DNA from: Paraphysomonas bandaiensis
Taxonomy: Eukaryota; Protista; Chrysophyceae
Direction: 5' to 3'
Length of the DNA: 64,000 nucleotides
Assembly: GCA_965644295.1 (NCBI GenBank)
Contig: CBFFRP010000367.1
Coordinates: 1-64,000, forward strand
Shown here in pieces: positions 12,901-25,159 of this stretch. The position numbers and the translations under genes were made by a program. Every line of letters starts with the position of its first letter. Within the stretch, counting starts at the first letter, position 1. Below the pieces are notes generated by a model, which saw only the letters and a program-made list of their open reading frames with translations, searched no databases and was not told where the DNA came from.

Positions 12901-13535
12901 TCAAGAACGGCGTAAACTTCATTTGTCTGTGCTCTATATGTATCTAACCACATTTTATTTCGGTGGTTTGACTGTGTTTATGATTATTTCATGGAATGGG
13001 TCCTGATTATAAAATAACCTTGTTGTGGGATATTAAACTCACTACAGTTTTATAGTGGAATGGAATCGGGAAAGATTGTAATTATTGAAATAATAATTCT
13101 ACTCTGCTCTCTGCTTACATATATTTAAACTTTAGATTTATTCATAATAAAAGGTTTCTGTTGAACATAGGTATTTGTAAAGCCACCGCTTTAAGCATTG
13201 TTGAGTGTTGAGTGATGTTTCAGGTACATGTTGCATGTATACTTCGATTAGGAAGTTATCATGAGTAATCGTTACTGTGAGAGACATCAAGCCCTTAATC
13301 AGACCAATAAAGTCGCTTCTGTTAAAATATAGTGTATATTGATGTAAGCGAGTAGTATGGCTAATATAATAGAGAAAGTGTTTACCAGCACAGCAGAGTA
13401 TACCTGCAAAGAACTTCATACTTCATATACAGTTTACTTTAAAACTTTAGCAACAAATTCGATGCAAAACAAAATCTACAGTCATTGAAACAATAAATTT
13501 CAATGGTAAAGTTATTTATATTGGTATGTGTAATT

Positions 13536-15413
13536 TCAGCTCACAAAATCAGCTGATACATCAGTAGACGAGGGGGGCCTCTTCTTCTCAACAGCATATT
13601 CGACGAAGCTATCAGCGTCGGGGAAGTATGGTCTCCTAACCTGTGCCACTTCGGATATCCCCAAATTAAGCCCGACGGTATTGTCTAGTGTATCCATATC
13701 TGTCATTCTACGTTGATGCATAGAGGTCTTTTCTGACGAACTCGTTATACTCTCGGCACTCAGAAGTCGTGTACCTATTGGGTCTCCACTCTTCAGCCGC
13801 CATTGCGCAAAAGGCATACCATAATAGAACACCCACAGATCCAAAGCAGAATAAAATATATCTCCTGTAAATATTCCCAATATGAGGAAAACGGCGTAAC
13901 CGATCATTACCCCCAACAATATGCTGTATGTGAAAGGTATAAACACCAGAACAAAGTACGCAGGCATGCTATCGGTGATAATTTTCCAATTCAATTTCGA
14001 TACATTCTGGAAGAGTAGTATGCCCACTCCTATGAGAAGGGGAGCAGTAGCAGCATGAGGAACTTCTTTAAGCACTGGTGAGAAAAATACTGATACAGCA
14101 AAGAGTAGGCCACAAACTACGGTGGAGAGACCGGTTCGAGCACCACCTTTAATCCCCGACGCCGATTCGGGGCTGATGAGGATAGGAGGACCACTAAACA
14201 TCCCACTCAAACATGTTGCAGCTCCACACACAACAAAGAGCCATCTATTTCGTGGGGTTGTGTTGTCATCCCGTGCCAATGATGCAAGGGTGGAGAGAGA
14301 GCTTACCAAACCACTGAGAGTAAGCACGTAGAGGAAAAGTAGGTCAATTACTAACACCGCAGTCGTCATGCCATTCTCTTTAGTAAACCCACCAAAATAG
14401 TTTACCTCTGGTAGTGATGCGACTGACGCTGGCCAACTGTTGTCATACGACCACCACACGATAGTACCGAAACACATGGCTAAGCAAAATGCCCCTTTCA
14501 TGTGGTAGTGCAGCGCAATACCAATTATAATCACCCCTTTCAAGACAGAAAACAACATGTTACAGTTTAAGAAAAAGCAATCAGAGCAAACTTTACCTGC
14601 AACAGCAATTAGGACTTTCGGTGTTATCTTTCCCATCGTGACAATCGTATAGTCTCCACTTACAACAAGATCGATGTCAGTCGCCCCTGCAAGGGCAGTG
14701 AGAATGCCTATTCCTACTGCTGTACCAACTTGAATTGATGACGGGACGAGCTTATACACAGAATTATAAACAAGTTTCAAATATCAAAATCAAAATACTT
14801 TTGTAGCAAATGTGGCCAGCGGTCTCCATCCGAACAATATAAGAGCCAAGCCTGATATGACCACCGCTGAGCTTCCAACTTGTTTGTCGGCATTTCGTTC
14901 TTGTAGGTATATTGATAAAAAGATAGATATCGCTGTAGGTGGTGCCACAATGAACGGAAGATTGGCAACTAAACCAGCTATGAAGCACCCAACTGCACAC
15001 ATCATGGCCTATATGTTCGTAAAGCACGAATTACGTGGCTACAGATGTTGAGCCACACACATACCGTTACCACATATGAAGCCTCCATGTCATAACCCGC
15101 GTTGCTAAGTTGATTCGGTACGACAGGTAACACGTACATACCTGAGCGAAACGAGTACTATACGTGACATCACTCAAGTTAGGAACACGAATCACGCACA
15201 TGATATGAATTGTATGATGCCAGTAAAGACCTCTTGAGGAATAGTGGTTTTACGCCTCTTGATGTGAAACAATACCTCACACACGATGTCAACCCAATTG
15301 GCCTCCTCCCAAAACTTGTTATCCAGCAAATCTGTGATGTTATTGTAGGCAGGATTGGCTTGAGTCGTATCGGACAACATGACCTTATCGCCATGTCCAT
15401 TCTCCTCGGCCAT
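13536..15413 (-). CDS. AzgA-type adenine/guanine permease (NCS2 superfamily), multi-exon
   Basis: TTIPQEVFTGIIQFISC-MYVLPVVP, ANLPFIVAP, VPSSIQVGTAVGIG and ESASGIKGGARTGLSTVVCGLLFAVSVFFSP match AzgA motifs. Many hydrophobic segments; short introns link ORFs 15192-15413, 14790-15005 and 13536-14780. Confidence 0.85.
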
Positions 15414-16698
15414 ATGTATGTATGTCTATGTATAGACGACAGGACTAACTATAGTCGTTAACTGGTTACTCAAATATGCAGTAGTCAGATATATATATAC
15501 GACTCCACTGACAGAGTTAGGCTACAGAGTGTGACCTCCAAGAAAACAGATGCGCGGGATAAGAATATGCGCGCTGTGTGTCCATCACACGGAGATTTGA
15601 TTGGACAGATACGTAAAATACTGCTTTTGATGGCGGATTTTTGTCACCAAAATCTCATTGAAATAATCAGGCGGCACTATGAAGCAGGTGGAGATCAGAT
15701 CGTGAACTGCTTTGTGCTGCACTCCAACGAGGCATATATATGGGCAGTCCTGTCTGAATTAAAGATACCCGTTAGTGTCCCTTATGTATTCGAATAGGAG
15801 GAAGTACAGGTTGGAATTCGTTGTGTGTTTTATTGAGTACGGCGAAGGCTAGCAATAGCATTAGATATGGTTAAGAGCAAGTGCCACGAAGGAAGCCTAA
15901 GAGGAGCTTAATGTGAGAAATTCAGCAGCGTAATAAGCTGAAAAGTTGTAAATATGTTTCGATAACTATAAAACTAAATATATTGAACTCTATTTATATT
16001 TCTTGGAACATTTTATGGTCTCGATGAGAAGATAATAACTATTGTTGTATTGTTGCAGAAGCGTCATATTTGTGCTATACTTAGTGTGTATATGTTTATT
16101 ATACTACATACATATTTTCCAAATATTGATATTTGTTCAAAGCTGCATCTGTGGGTGATATCGATGTGTGGTAATAACGTACAAAAACATGATTATGATA
16201 TGCAAGTTTCATGCAAGCCGAGTGTACAATGTGAACTTTTAGCCATACATACGGAAGCACAATGTAATTGTTCTTATGTCTATTTCTATGGCATCACAAA
16301 GGAGTAATGGGCAGCTTCTGTAGTCTCGTCTCGCCCAGCAAATTTCGACGACGAAGATTGACGCCAGACATCGTGTAGTCATAGAACTGTAATTTCTTCA
16401 CTGGTACACGTATCAACGTCTAACTATGGTATAAGTGTTGACTTTCGCCCTAATGATAATATAAAGTTCCAAATTACTGTTGCTAATACGATGCGCCATT
16501 GACTTCGAAAGCGTACATTTGAATCAAGCAATTAATTCAATAGATGCAAGACAGATAACTACTGAACGATTAAGCTACGTAAACCATATTATCTCGCATG
16601 CATGACAATATATTTACTGAAATCTAATTTGCCTCTATGAATCACATATATTTGTCGGGAATTCAAATAATATAGAGGCACATCCCTTTAACTCACGT

Positions 16699-17890
16699 CT
16701 AGTCGCAACATTCTATCTCTCTCCAAGCCTCTTTTAAAACTAATTCATTCAGAACATTCGCCACAATAAGTAGGCCAATCCTGGCTTCAGCCCCTTTGTA
16801 CAGGGCAGCAATGCCATTTCGACGAAAAACATCTTTCAAGGTATCAAAGTATCCTAGAGAAGGATTAGCTTGCATCGTTATTTGACAGTTTTGAAATCCT
16901 TGGGAAGCAAAAGTGGATGCGATTGATGTAGATATTATAGCCGACCAGTGAACAAATTGTGACATCAACGGACTCGTATGTTCGTCTGTGTGTATTATCT
17001 TTTTAACTACATTTTCCCGAACGAAGTCGGAACAAACGAACGGGATGCCTTGTGATACAATATCACGACATCCTCCAAATAAGGAGCCCCGAAACAAGTT
17101 CATATAGTTCGCTTTCTTCACAAGCCCCAATTCCTTTGAGAAATATATATTGGCTTGTCCATAAACTGCACCTTGTAGAACACCGATAACGCCGAAAGCT
17201 GCCCAAGGATTGATCTGCTTTCTTACAGGGGTTGATATGTTGAGCTGCACAGCCTTAAGGACAGTCTGAGGCAGAAATACAATTCCACACATTGAAGCAA
17301 TTCGGCTAGTAGATATTGTGACCTGAGGGTTAAGCCTCAGCAGTTGATAAAGAGATGCCACCGGCGAAACTGTGGATATAGCAGCTCCGTATGTGAACAT
17401 GTACGGCTGTAATTCCTGTAGATTTCTTGGTCTCATCCGTTTGTCAGTCACTTGAATCATCGCGTTGCTATTAAAACTTTAGAAGTATCAGATATTAGAC
17501 GCCAAAATTTAATGTGGCTTGCTGTCAGTTATCCCTCAGTTCAAACAAAGGTAGAAATATTTACTAATGAATGGCTTTAAATCTTCACCTCTTTCTTGGA
17601 AGGCGATGTGTGCAGACAGAAATGGTGCAATTGCAATGGATGCACTGGTTGCATCATGCCCACTGTATGAGAAAACGAGTAATGCATCATCATAGGCGTG
17701 GTCTGACGTATTCCATTCAAAACATACGAAAACGGTAAAAATGTTACCATAGAAAGCCAGGAAATTCTAAAAAATACGTAATATTTACAGCAGTATGCTG
17801 ACATTATCCTTGTGTCGATATTGTCATGTACCCAGATTGGACATGGTTCACAGGACAGGGCTTCAAGCCAACCCAACAGGGCAACACCAT
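16699..17890 (-). CDS. Mitochondrial-carrier-like membrane protein (divergent); 5' exons uncertain
   Basis: Main exon 16699-~17468, preceded by a TTTTAATAG acceptor. SQGFQNCQITMQ...YFDTLKDVFRRNGIAALYKGAEARI and NLFRGSLFG resemble SLC25 repeat signatures. Confidence 0.5.
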
Positions 17891-18860
17891 GAACAGTATC
17901 CGCCTCTGGAAGCTATTGCGACCAAAAAAGATTATTATTCTATAAAGAAACTATTATGTCCAAGTATTGTGTTGATCTAGAGAGATCTAATGTCCCATAT
18001 GGAAAAAGTGACCCTCATTGGTCCACTGAACTAGATCTATGAGAGCAGAGGAAGCTAACATCGAGAAAATATATGCAGTCCGAGTATGAGTCGGCTATTA
18101 TGAAAGAGCTATGAAAGCATGTAATAGGGTGGTAAAGAACAGTATTAAAAATACGTTTTTATGCGAGATGCAGCGAGGTAGCGAGTACTTCGAATTTGAA
18201 GCCTTTTAGAAAGAAAAACACACCGTGATAGTTTTTTGATGCAAGAGTTCGAATATGCAGCTCGTAGTGATGCCAGTCATTTATGTTCATATTTCATATC
18301 TATGTCCCACTCAGATCCCATACAGTGGCGTATTATAGTATAAAGCGATAATACCCATGAAGTGTAGATCTAAAACTTAGCAAGCAAAATAGTATTACGT
18401 CTACTGTTGCACATCTACTGTTAACGCTTTGGATGAGAATATTTTGAGGTAGTTTACAACTTATCACTGATTTCAACCAAGTATGCTTCTCGTGCAGATA
18501 ATGTCTGCCACCTAGTAGAATATGTGAACGATTAAATTCAGAAGAGTACTACCGCTAGTGTTTACGGCTGACAGTACAACATCAGTGTACGATAATATCT
18601 AGCCACCACCTTGAGTCCAATATAAATGGTCACCTTAAACCAAGCTATAACAATGCTGCATACAGTGCATATAATTTACACATTTCCATTCTTCCTGATA
18701 TCAAGACGCGCTTGCATCGTACAAATATCTACTTCATGTCTCAGCCACAAACTGATTAACGATCATTTTGACTCGGAAACTACACTTATACACCAACCAG
18801 TAGTGGTATCTAAAACACCAAGGAAAGAGTAATACTACACGATTTGTCCCGACTACATGA

Positions 18861-19818
18861 TTACTCCTCGAACAACCATTTGTCCACCTACATCTGTATT
18901 AAACACACCCTGGTATGATGTAGAAATACTTACATCATCATCTTGTTTTTCCTTCCCTTGACTAGGTGCTGGTTCATACTTGATACCATCAGATGCTTTT
19001 CTACCGAAGAACTCCGATATGTTCTCCCTCTTCTCCTCGGATATAGTACTGTCCTCCATCTCAATCCCGACATCTCCAGGGGAAGTCTCCTCAACCAGAG
19101 GAGATTTCACTGATTCTTCTTCTCCATCTTTCTTTGAATCGCTTTTAGAGCCAAAACCAAACAATTTCAGTTTAGCTGAATTCTTAGCTAATCCAGATCG
19201 ACTTTCAAAGTCTGTTTGGTCAATTACCCATGTCGAAGTGTCATACAAACCGTCAAATTTGTGATCCTCATCTTCGTAAAACTCCATACGAATAGCGGGA
19301 CCACTACCTGGATACATTTCACAAAAAGTATCCCATGTTTCTTTGGATATGCGTCGATAATCTCCCTCCTTTTCCTTTCGAGCCATTATTAGATCCGGCT
19401 TGGGGACCCACGCCGTACCGGCCTCGTTGACATCCAACAGGCATTCGTTCCTACATGGACCAGGATTTGGATTGATATCTTTATTTAAATGGCAGTAGAG
19501 TAACCACGCTCGCATCCAGGGAGTGTTAATAATATACCACTCCTTCCCATCCTGCAACAGGTTAGAGAATATAAATATCTTACACACTCCAACCTCTTCT
19601 TTAGGTTCATCGCACTGCATGATGCGTATTTTCTCCTCCTCTGGATCAAAGAGAATATCACCTATTCGCAACAATTAAACAACTTTGACTGATATATATA
19701 CCATACCGTAGCAAAAGTTTCCGAAGTCATCGATGTAAATTTTGCGTTTGTCGAACACCTTTTCCTTATCTTTTTCCTCCTCAGTACCTTCATCGTCCTT
19801 GCTGAAGGCTGCGCCCAT
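18861..19818 (-). CDS. Stand-alone DUSP-domain protein with predicted N-myristoylation motif
   Basis: ATG at 19818 (MGAAFSK); intron 19662-19706. WYIINTPWMRAW...PGPCRNECLL...DYRRISKETWDTFCEMYPGSGPAI matches the USP DUSP domain. Acidic tail; a final short intron gives VDKWLFEE-stop at 18861. Confidence 0.7.
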
Positions 19819-19903
19819 ACTTTTAATCGTTACAGATGTTTATCGTTTGCGCTTTAGGACGGCGATAATTTACAAGGTGGTGTGGATACGCATTGATTGA
19901 TAC

Positions 19904-20300
19904 ATGTATGTATGTATGTATGTATGTATGTATGTATGTATGTATGTATGTATGTATGTATGTATGTATGTATGTATGTATGTATGTATGTATGTATGTA
20001 TGTATGTATGTATGTATGTATGTATGTATGTATGTATGTATGTATGTATGTGTATGTATGTATGTATGTATGTATGTATGTATGTATGTATGTATGTATG
20101 TATGTATGTATGTATGTATGTATGTATGTATGTATGTATGTATGTATGTATGTATGTATGTATGTATGTATGTATGTATGTATGTATGTATGTATGTATG
20201 TATGTATGTATGTATGTATGTATGTATGTATGTATGTATGTATGTATGTACGTATGTAGGTAGGTAGGTAGGTACGTACGTATGTAGGTAGGTAGGTAGG
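19904..20300. repeat. (TATG)n microsatellite of about 345 bp, grading into (TAGG)n
   Basis: Directly visible tandem tetranucleotide; source of the spurious MYVC ORFs. Confidence 0.98.
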
Positions 20301-20468
20301 GAGAGTGGGTTGGCGTATGTAACTCGCTTCTGCTCAGTTGGCTTTACTTTAATCTCTACCCAAACTACTCAATCAATAAAGCACCTTGTTCCTTTGCCAC
20401 AAGCGTCATGCCCCATTATTCAGAAGCCTTAGCTCCTCACCACTAACCCTCTGGTGTAAGAGATAAGT

Positions 20469-23400
20469 ATGTCAGAGGTCGAGAACTTGCGCGCTGCTAA
20501 TAAGCAGTTGACGAGTTCGCTGCGTGCGGCCGAGAAAAAGATCGCTGACTTGGAGATCAAGCTCACTGTCGAACAATTGCTGCACTCCAAGGCTGAAGAT
20601 GCCAATGCGGTGCTGACAGATCGACTGGCAGCTCTAGAAGAAAGCATTGCTTGTGGTCCTAGACACGATGAGAGTAATGGGAGTGACAAAGACAGTGTAT
20701 GGAGAGTGAGACTTGCTAATATGGAAGGGCAGTTGGCTGCAGCTCGAGAAATGATAAGCGAAAAACAGACCGAAGTCGATATCATGCGGCAGGAAAAGGA
20801 ATCAGCGCTAAAAGAGGTTACACCATATTGCAACCACAATATATAGAATATGTTATGATTATGCGATATTATACGTAGTTTACAACATAATGAATGTTGT
20901 ATAAGATGTGGGTGTGCTCTGGAACCCTTCTCTGCGTTGCATGCGTATATTTTACTGTCGTCGTCTGTAATGTGCAATAAAGGTGATTGCCCTTGAAGAA
21001 GCCGCTGCGCGGGCCCGTGCTGAGGAAGAGGAGGAGGCTCGAAAGCGGCAAGAGGATATTGAACGCGAAGCGCAGCTGGTGGGTTAAATATAGTTTATGG
21101 TGTCATATCGAGTGCTCATCTGTACCGCAATTTTGGTCAGACCGGGGTGAAAGCGAAATCAGCATTCTTCACGCGCCAAATTGAAGAACAGCAGATTGCG
21201 AGTGGAATTGCACTTACCAATGAGCAAAAGGTGGTATTTTCCCGCCACTGATGAATATTTTTCATGTTATTTCAGTTGAAACAAGAGGCAGCTCGGCGTC
21301 GTGCAATAAAAGAGGCTAGGAGGAAGCACAACTCCATCGATGCTTTACTCATGAGCCCAGACACAGGTAAAAGTTCTCGGGCGAGGCAAGTCTCCGTTGG
21401 AAGCGTGGGGGAAGACGAATGGAGAAACAGTGGTGCAGGTGATGGGGATGACTGTAAGGATGGGATGGTTAAAAGTAGAGCAAGCAGTGTTGAGTATATG
21501 GAAGAATCACCTCGTCCATCTGAGGATACAATTAGAGATGTGTCAAGTCGGCTCGCCAATTCTAGTAGTACTTTTTCCGTTGACTGCAGTGGCCCTAAAA
21601 CCGACTCGCATGGAATGGATATCGAACCGGGGTTACTGTTGTCTCGAATAAATACGATGGAGGCTAATATAGTTAACCTGGAACAGCAGGTGAACGATGC
21701 AGAACATCGTGTGTCACTAGCAGAATCTCGATATGAGAAAAGCCAGCGGGAAATACAATCTCTAAAAAAACAGGTTTCGGAGCGGGACATGTTGATTATC
21801 CAACTTAAGAGTGGTATAGAAACTCTGCAAAGTGAAGTAGCCAATCGAAATCGTGATAGAGTGAAAGATACTCACGTTGAAAATGAAACATGTGATGCGG
21901 TAAATTCTGATGAAGCAGCTCCTCCTCTACGAGCACGCTCTATCTCTCAGTCTATTTCAGACAAGTTTTCATCGGTCTTTAATCCAGCATCTGGCAATTA
22001 TAATCGAGAGTCAACACGGCATGAAAGCTACGCTTTGGATACATCCCCGCCATTGGATCTGGGAGCGCAGCCTTCCATGACCTCTCCTGCGAAAGATCCC
22101 ATGATACCTCCTGGAGGAGATGTATTTGGTAACTGGTCCAAGAACATGTTAATCGAGGAATTGGTTGCAGTTAAAGATCAGCTTGTCAGCAAGCAACTTG
22201 CTCTCAGCATAGTCATGGAGGAGAAGGATGCCGCCGAAACCGAAGTCGAAAGTCTTAAGGAAAAGTTTATTAACAGTGAGGCGAACTGGAAAGTAGGTTT
22301 ATACTTGTAGCGATATGTGTATAAATAGAGAGGCGTAATGTGCCTGTTGCTGCTTAATATATATATGTATTGTGCACTTGAAAATTCTGTCGTCTGTACA
22401 GGTTGTCCTAGCGAGCGTCGAAGAAGAGTTAGCAGTGGTTCAAAACAAGTTGCAAGCCAAAGAGAGTGCCGCCGCGATCTTAATGGAAGAAAGAAGTAAT
22501 CTGTTGGCCGAGCTTGGGCGACCAGAGGAATGCTCTCCTCTCAAGCGAAAAAATTCAGAGGATGCATGGCAGGTGATGCAAAGGATTGCTCCGTATACAA
22601 GTCGCGTTGCATATTTTACCTGCATAAGTCTTGTGCATCGGTAAATTTCAGTGTTGTAATACCTGGTCTCGCAGGAACGCATTAATGATGTTCAACGACG
22701 TCTAGCAGAGGCCACCAATCGTCGGTCTGTTCATGGGAAAGAAGTAGAAAGTATCATTAAAGACCTGGATTCGACACCTGTGGAAAGTGGAGTCAGCCGG
22801 AGACACAGTACTGGGCCAGGAATGGGTTGTGGACCAGCGGGTTTTATATCGGAATCCCAGGCTAGTCCGGCGAAGACGAAGACTGAATCTACAACTGTAG
22901 AGAATCGAACAGACTTTTCCAAGGATGATGTTGAAGATGAAAATCCCATGCTTGGCCCATCTCTGATGAAAGCGTGGAATGCTTGTGATACTAGCTCGAA
23001 AGGAAGCGATTATAGCACAAGTGATGATGGCTCAAATAAGCCTCATTCCGATGTGGATGGGAATGCCCCAGCCACAAAGAGTATTGAGAGTGATGCCATA
23101 CCATTTTCTACACCGAGCTCGACCCCTTTTGACACGCCTGTAACTTCCCCTCAGGTAACTCCAGGGGGCACCAAAGTTCTCTCTCCGGGCGAGTCGTCTG
23201 GTGGAGAGTCAATATATACAAGCACTCCTCGCCGAAGGAGTGTGTATTCCGCCACGAACTCTCGCGTTGGACTAACAAGACGCCTCTCCTTGCAGGAATC
23301 GCAGGAGAAGTTAAGCGAGATAGACAGGCGACTGTCCACAGTTGACAAACGTGTTAGATACAAACCCGATATAGCGTCTGTAGAGGCCCAGAGTCTCGTG

Positions 23401-24036
23401 TACGAGGCTGTTGTAACTGGTGTGTGGATAAATGTTTGTTTCTATCAGTGTGGAGAATATGCTATATTGATTTATGCTGTGTATTGTGTGTCACGTTGTA
23501 ACTATTCGTAGCCAACAGATCACACCTGTGCGATATGACATTGTTTTATTTAGGCTATGTGGAAGAGCGAGGTGCAATATTGTATAAAGTTGTGGTACGT
23601 GCGATTGGTGATATTGAATGGGAGGTATATCGTCGCTACAGTGCGTTTCGGGAGCTTTTCAACCGTATTAATTTTGAAACCTCCACGTTGACAATAGGTC
23701 TGCCCCCGTTATAAAGTGATTTTTAATTTTAAGTTGTGAATATCAGAATCCAAGTTTCCTCCGAAAAAGCGCGACTCGTGGTTGAAGGAAATTGATGACG
23801 AGACCGTTCACGCCAGACAAAAAATGTTAAAGGTTTGTTTAGTGTCGTAGCAACCGCTGTGTTGTGGTAAAATTAACTTTGTTGTAATATAGGCCTGGCT
23901 ACTGGAAGTGGTAAGATTATCTAATGAGTCGGTCCGGCCGGAAGGCACGAGTGACAGAGATATCCATGTTCTAAAGGATTTGACAAGTCGTTTCCTTGAT
24001 TCTACGAAGCATGTTTCTGGGGCGAAATTGTACTAG
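20469..24036 (+). CDS. Large coiled-coil protein with C-terminal PX (Phox) domain, multi-exon
   Basis: Coiled-coil-like ORFs 20469-20846, 21264-22310, 22372-22644 and 22780-23511. Spliced 3' exons read YKVVVRAIGDIEWEVYRRYSAFRELF...KFPPKK...ARQKMLKAWL, the PX signature; stop TAG at 24036. Confidence 0.75.
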
Positions 24037-24693
24037 TGCTAGCTCAACCGGCACCCTTTTGGGCTATCACTCTGGAATGTATGCGAATTTCTAGATGTCC
24101 CTCCAGTGTAATTCACGCCCTTTCAACATTGTGTTTTCGTAGTGGTTATATACTATATACTATGATCTCTGTATTTTCTACTCACGAAACTACTAAGTTC
24201 TTGTATGCTCTGTTGATATATTGCAAATAAAAATATACAATTGAAACACCTATACTATTAGCACGCAGAACAATGCATAAGTATTCGGAAGTTCAAGAAA
24301 TGGAAGCTACGAAATTTACAGCAATGTATCATTGGCCATTGCTTTGAACTAAATCAAGAAGTATTGACCTAAACCTAATCTGATCTCTTCAGGCTCTGTC
24401 AGAAGGACCATATCCCTTTAGCAAGTTCTATTTAACCCTACAAAGAAGAGATGGACTCTAGCTACTAGCTATATCTTGGGCTCCCATCTTAGGTACTTCT
24501 TCCATATATAATATATATAGCAAACAACTATGTATACCAACTGACTTGTTATCAATAATTAATACTATTTAGTACCTACGATTCCCTGCTGGCCAATGAA
24601 ATGGTTCTAATCAACTTTCAATATCAATATACCAGTCAAATCACAATTGCCTAGATAATTCATCATCAACGTATAGTAGTGTTGTGAAAATGT

Positions 24694-24812
24694 CTTAACT
24701 CTGATATCCTACTTTCACCGCAGGCACCAAGGTGCAACCACTTTCGCTCTATCACTCGAAGCAAAAGCGGTAGCAAGCTGAATGTTGATATATCTGACAT
24801 TTGTTGACTTCA
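24694..24812 (-). repeat. Partial inverted copy of a dispersed repeat (other copies at 55063 and 63263)
   Basis: Reverse complement contains tatcaacattcagcttgct...gagtgatagagcgaaagtggttgcaccttggtgc...gtaggatatcagagttaag, nearly identical to 55310-55454. Confidence 0.85.
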
Positions 24813-25159
24813 TAGGTCCAAGGACTGTAGTAATTAATAATTGTACCATTTTAAATTTATAATATGCACCAGCATGCCAGCATGAGCATATACAATAGCG
24901 AGGTCATAGGATACAATAACCAGATAGCTGGTTAAAACATATCATAATTCCACTTACTCATCATGGTGCACGGTACCTACAATCACCATATAACTATCGA
25001 AACTTTTCTTGTACTCCAGCTTTTCCACTGGCACGACGTAATTTATTACAGAAAACGCTTAAATTAACAAACTTGCACAACATAGCTCTACACTTACAAA
25101 TTCGATGTCACGACAAAATATCCAACACTATAATTCGTTACAACTTCCACTATTGCGGA

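Noticed and set aside
19893-20267. ORFs reading MYVCMYVC (and HTYI/MYVC ORFs at 52283-52816)
   Set aside because: They are translations of the (TATG)n microsatellites.
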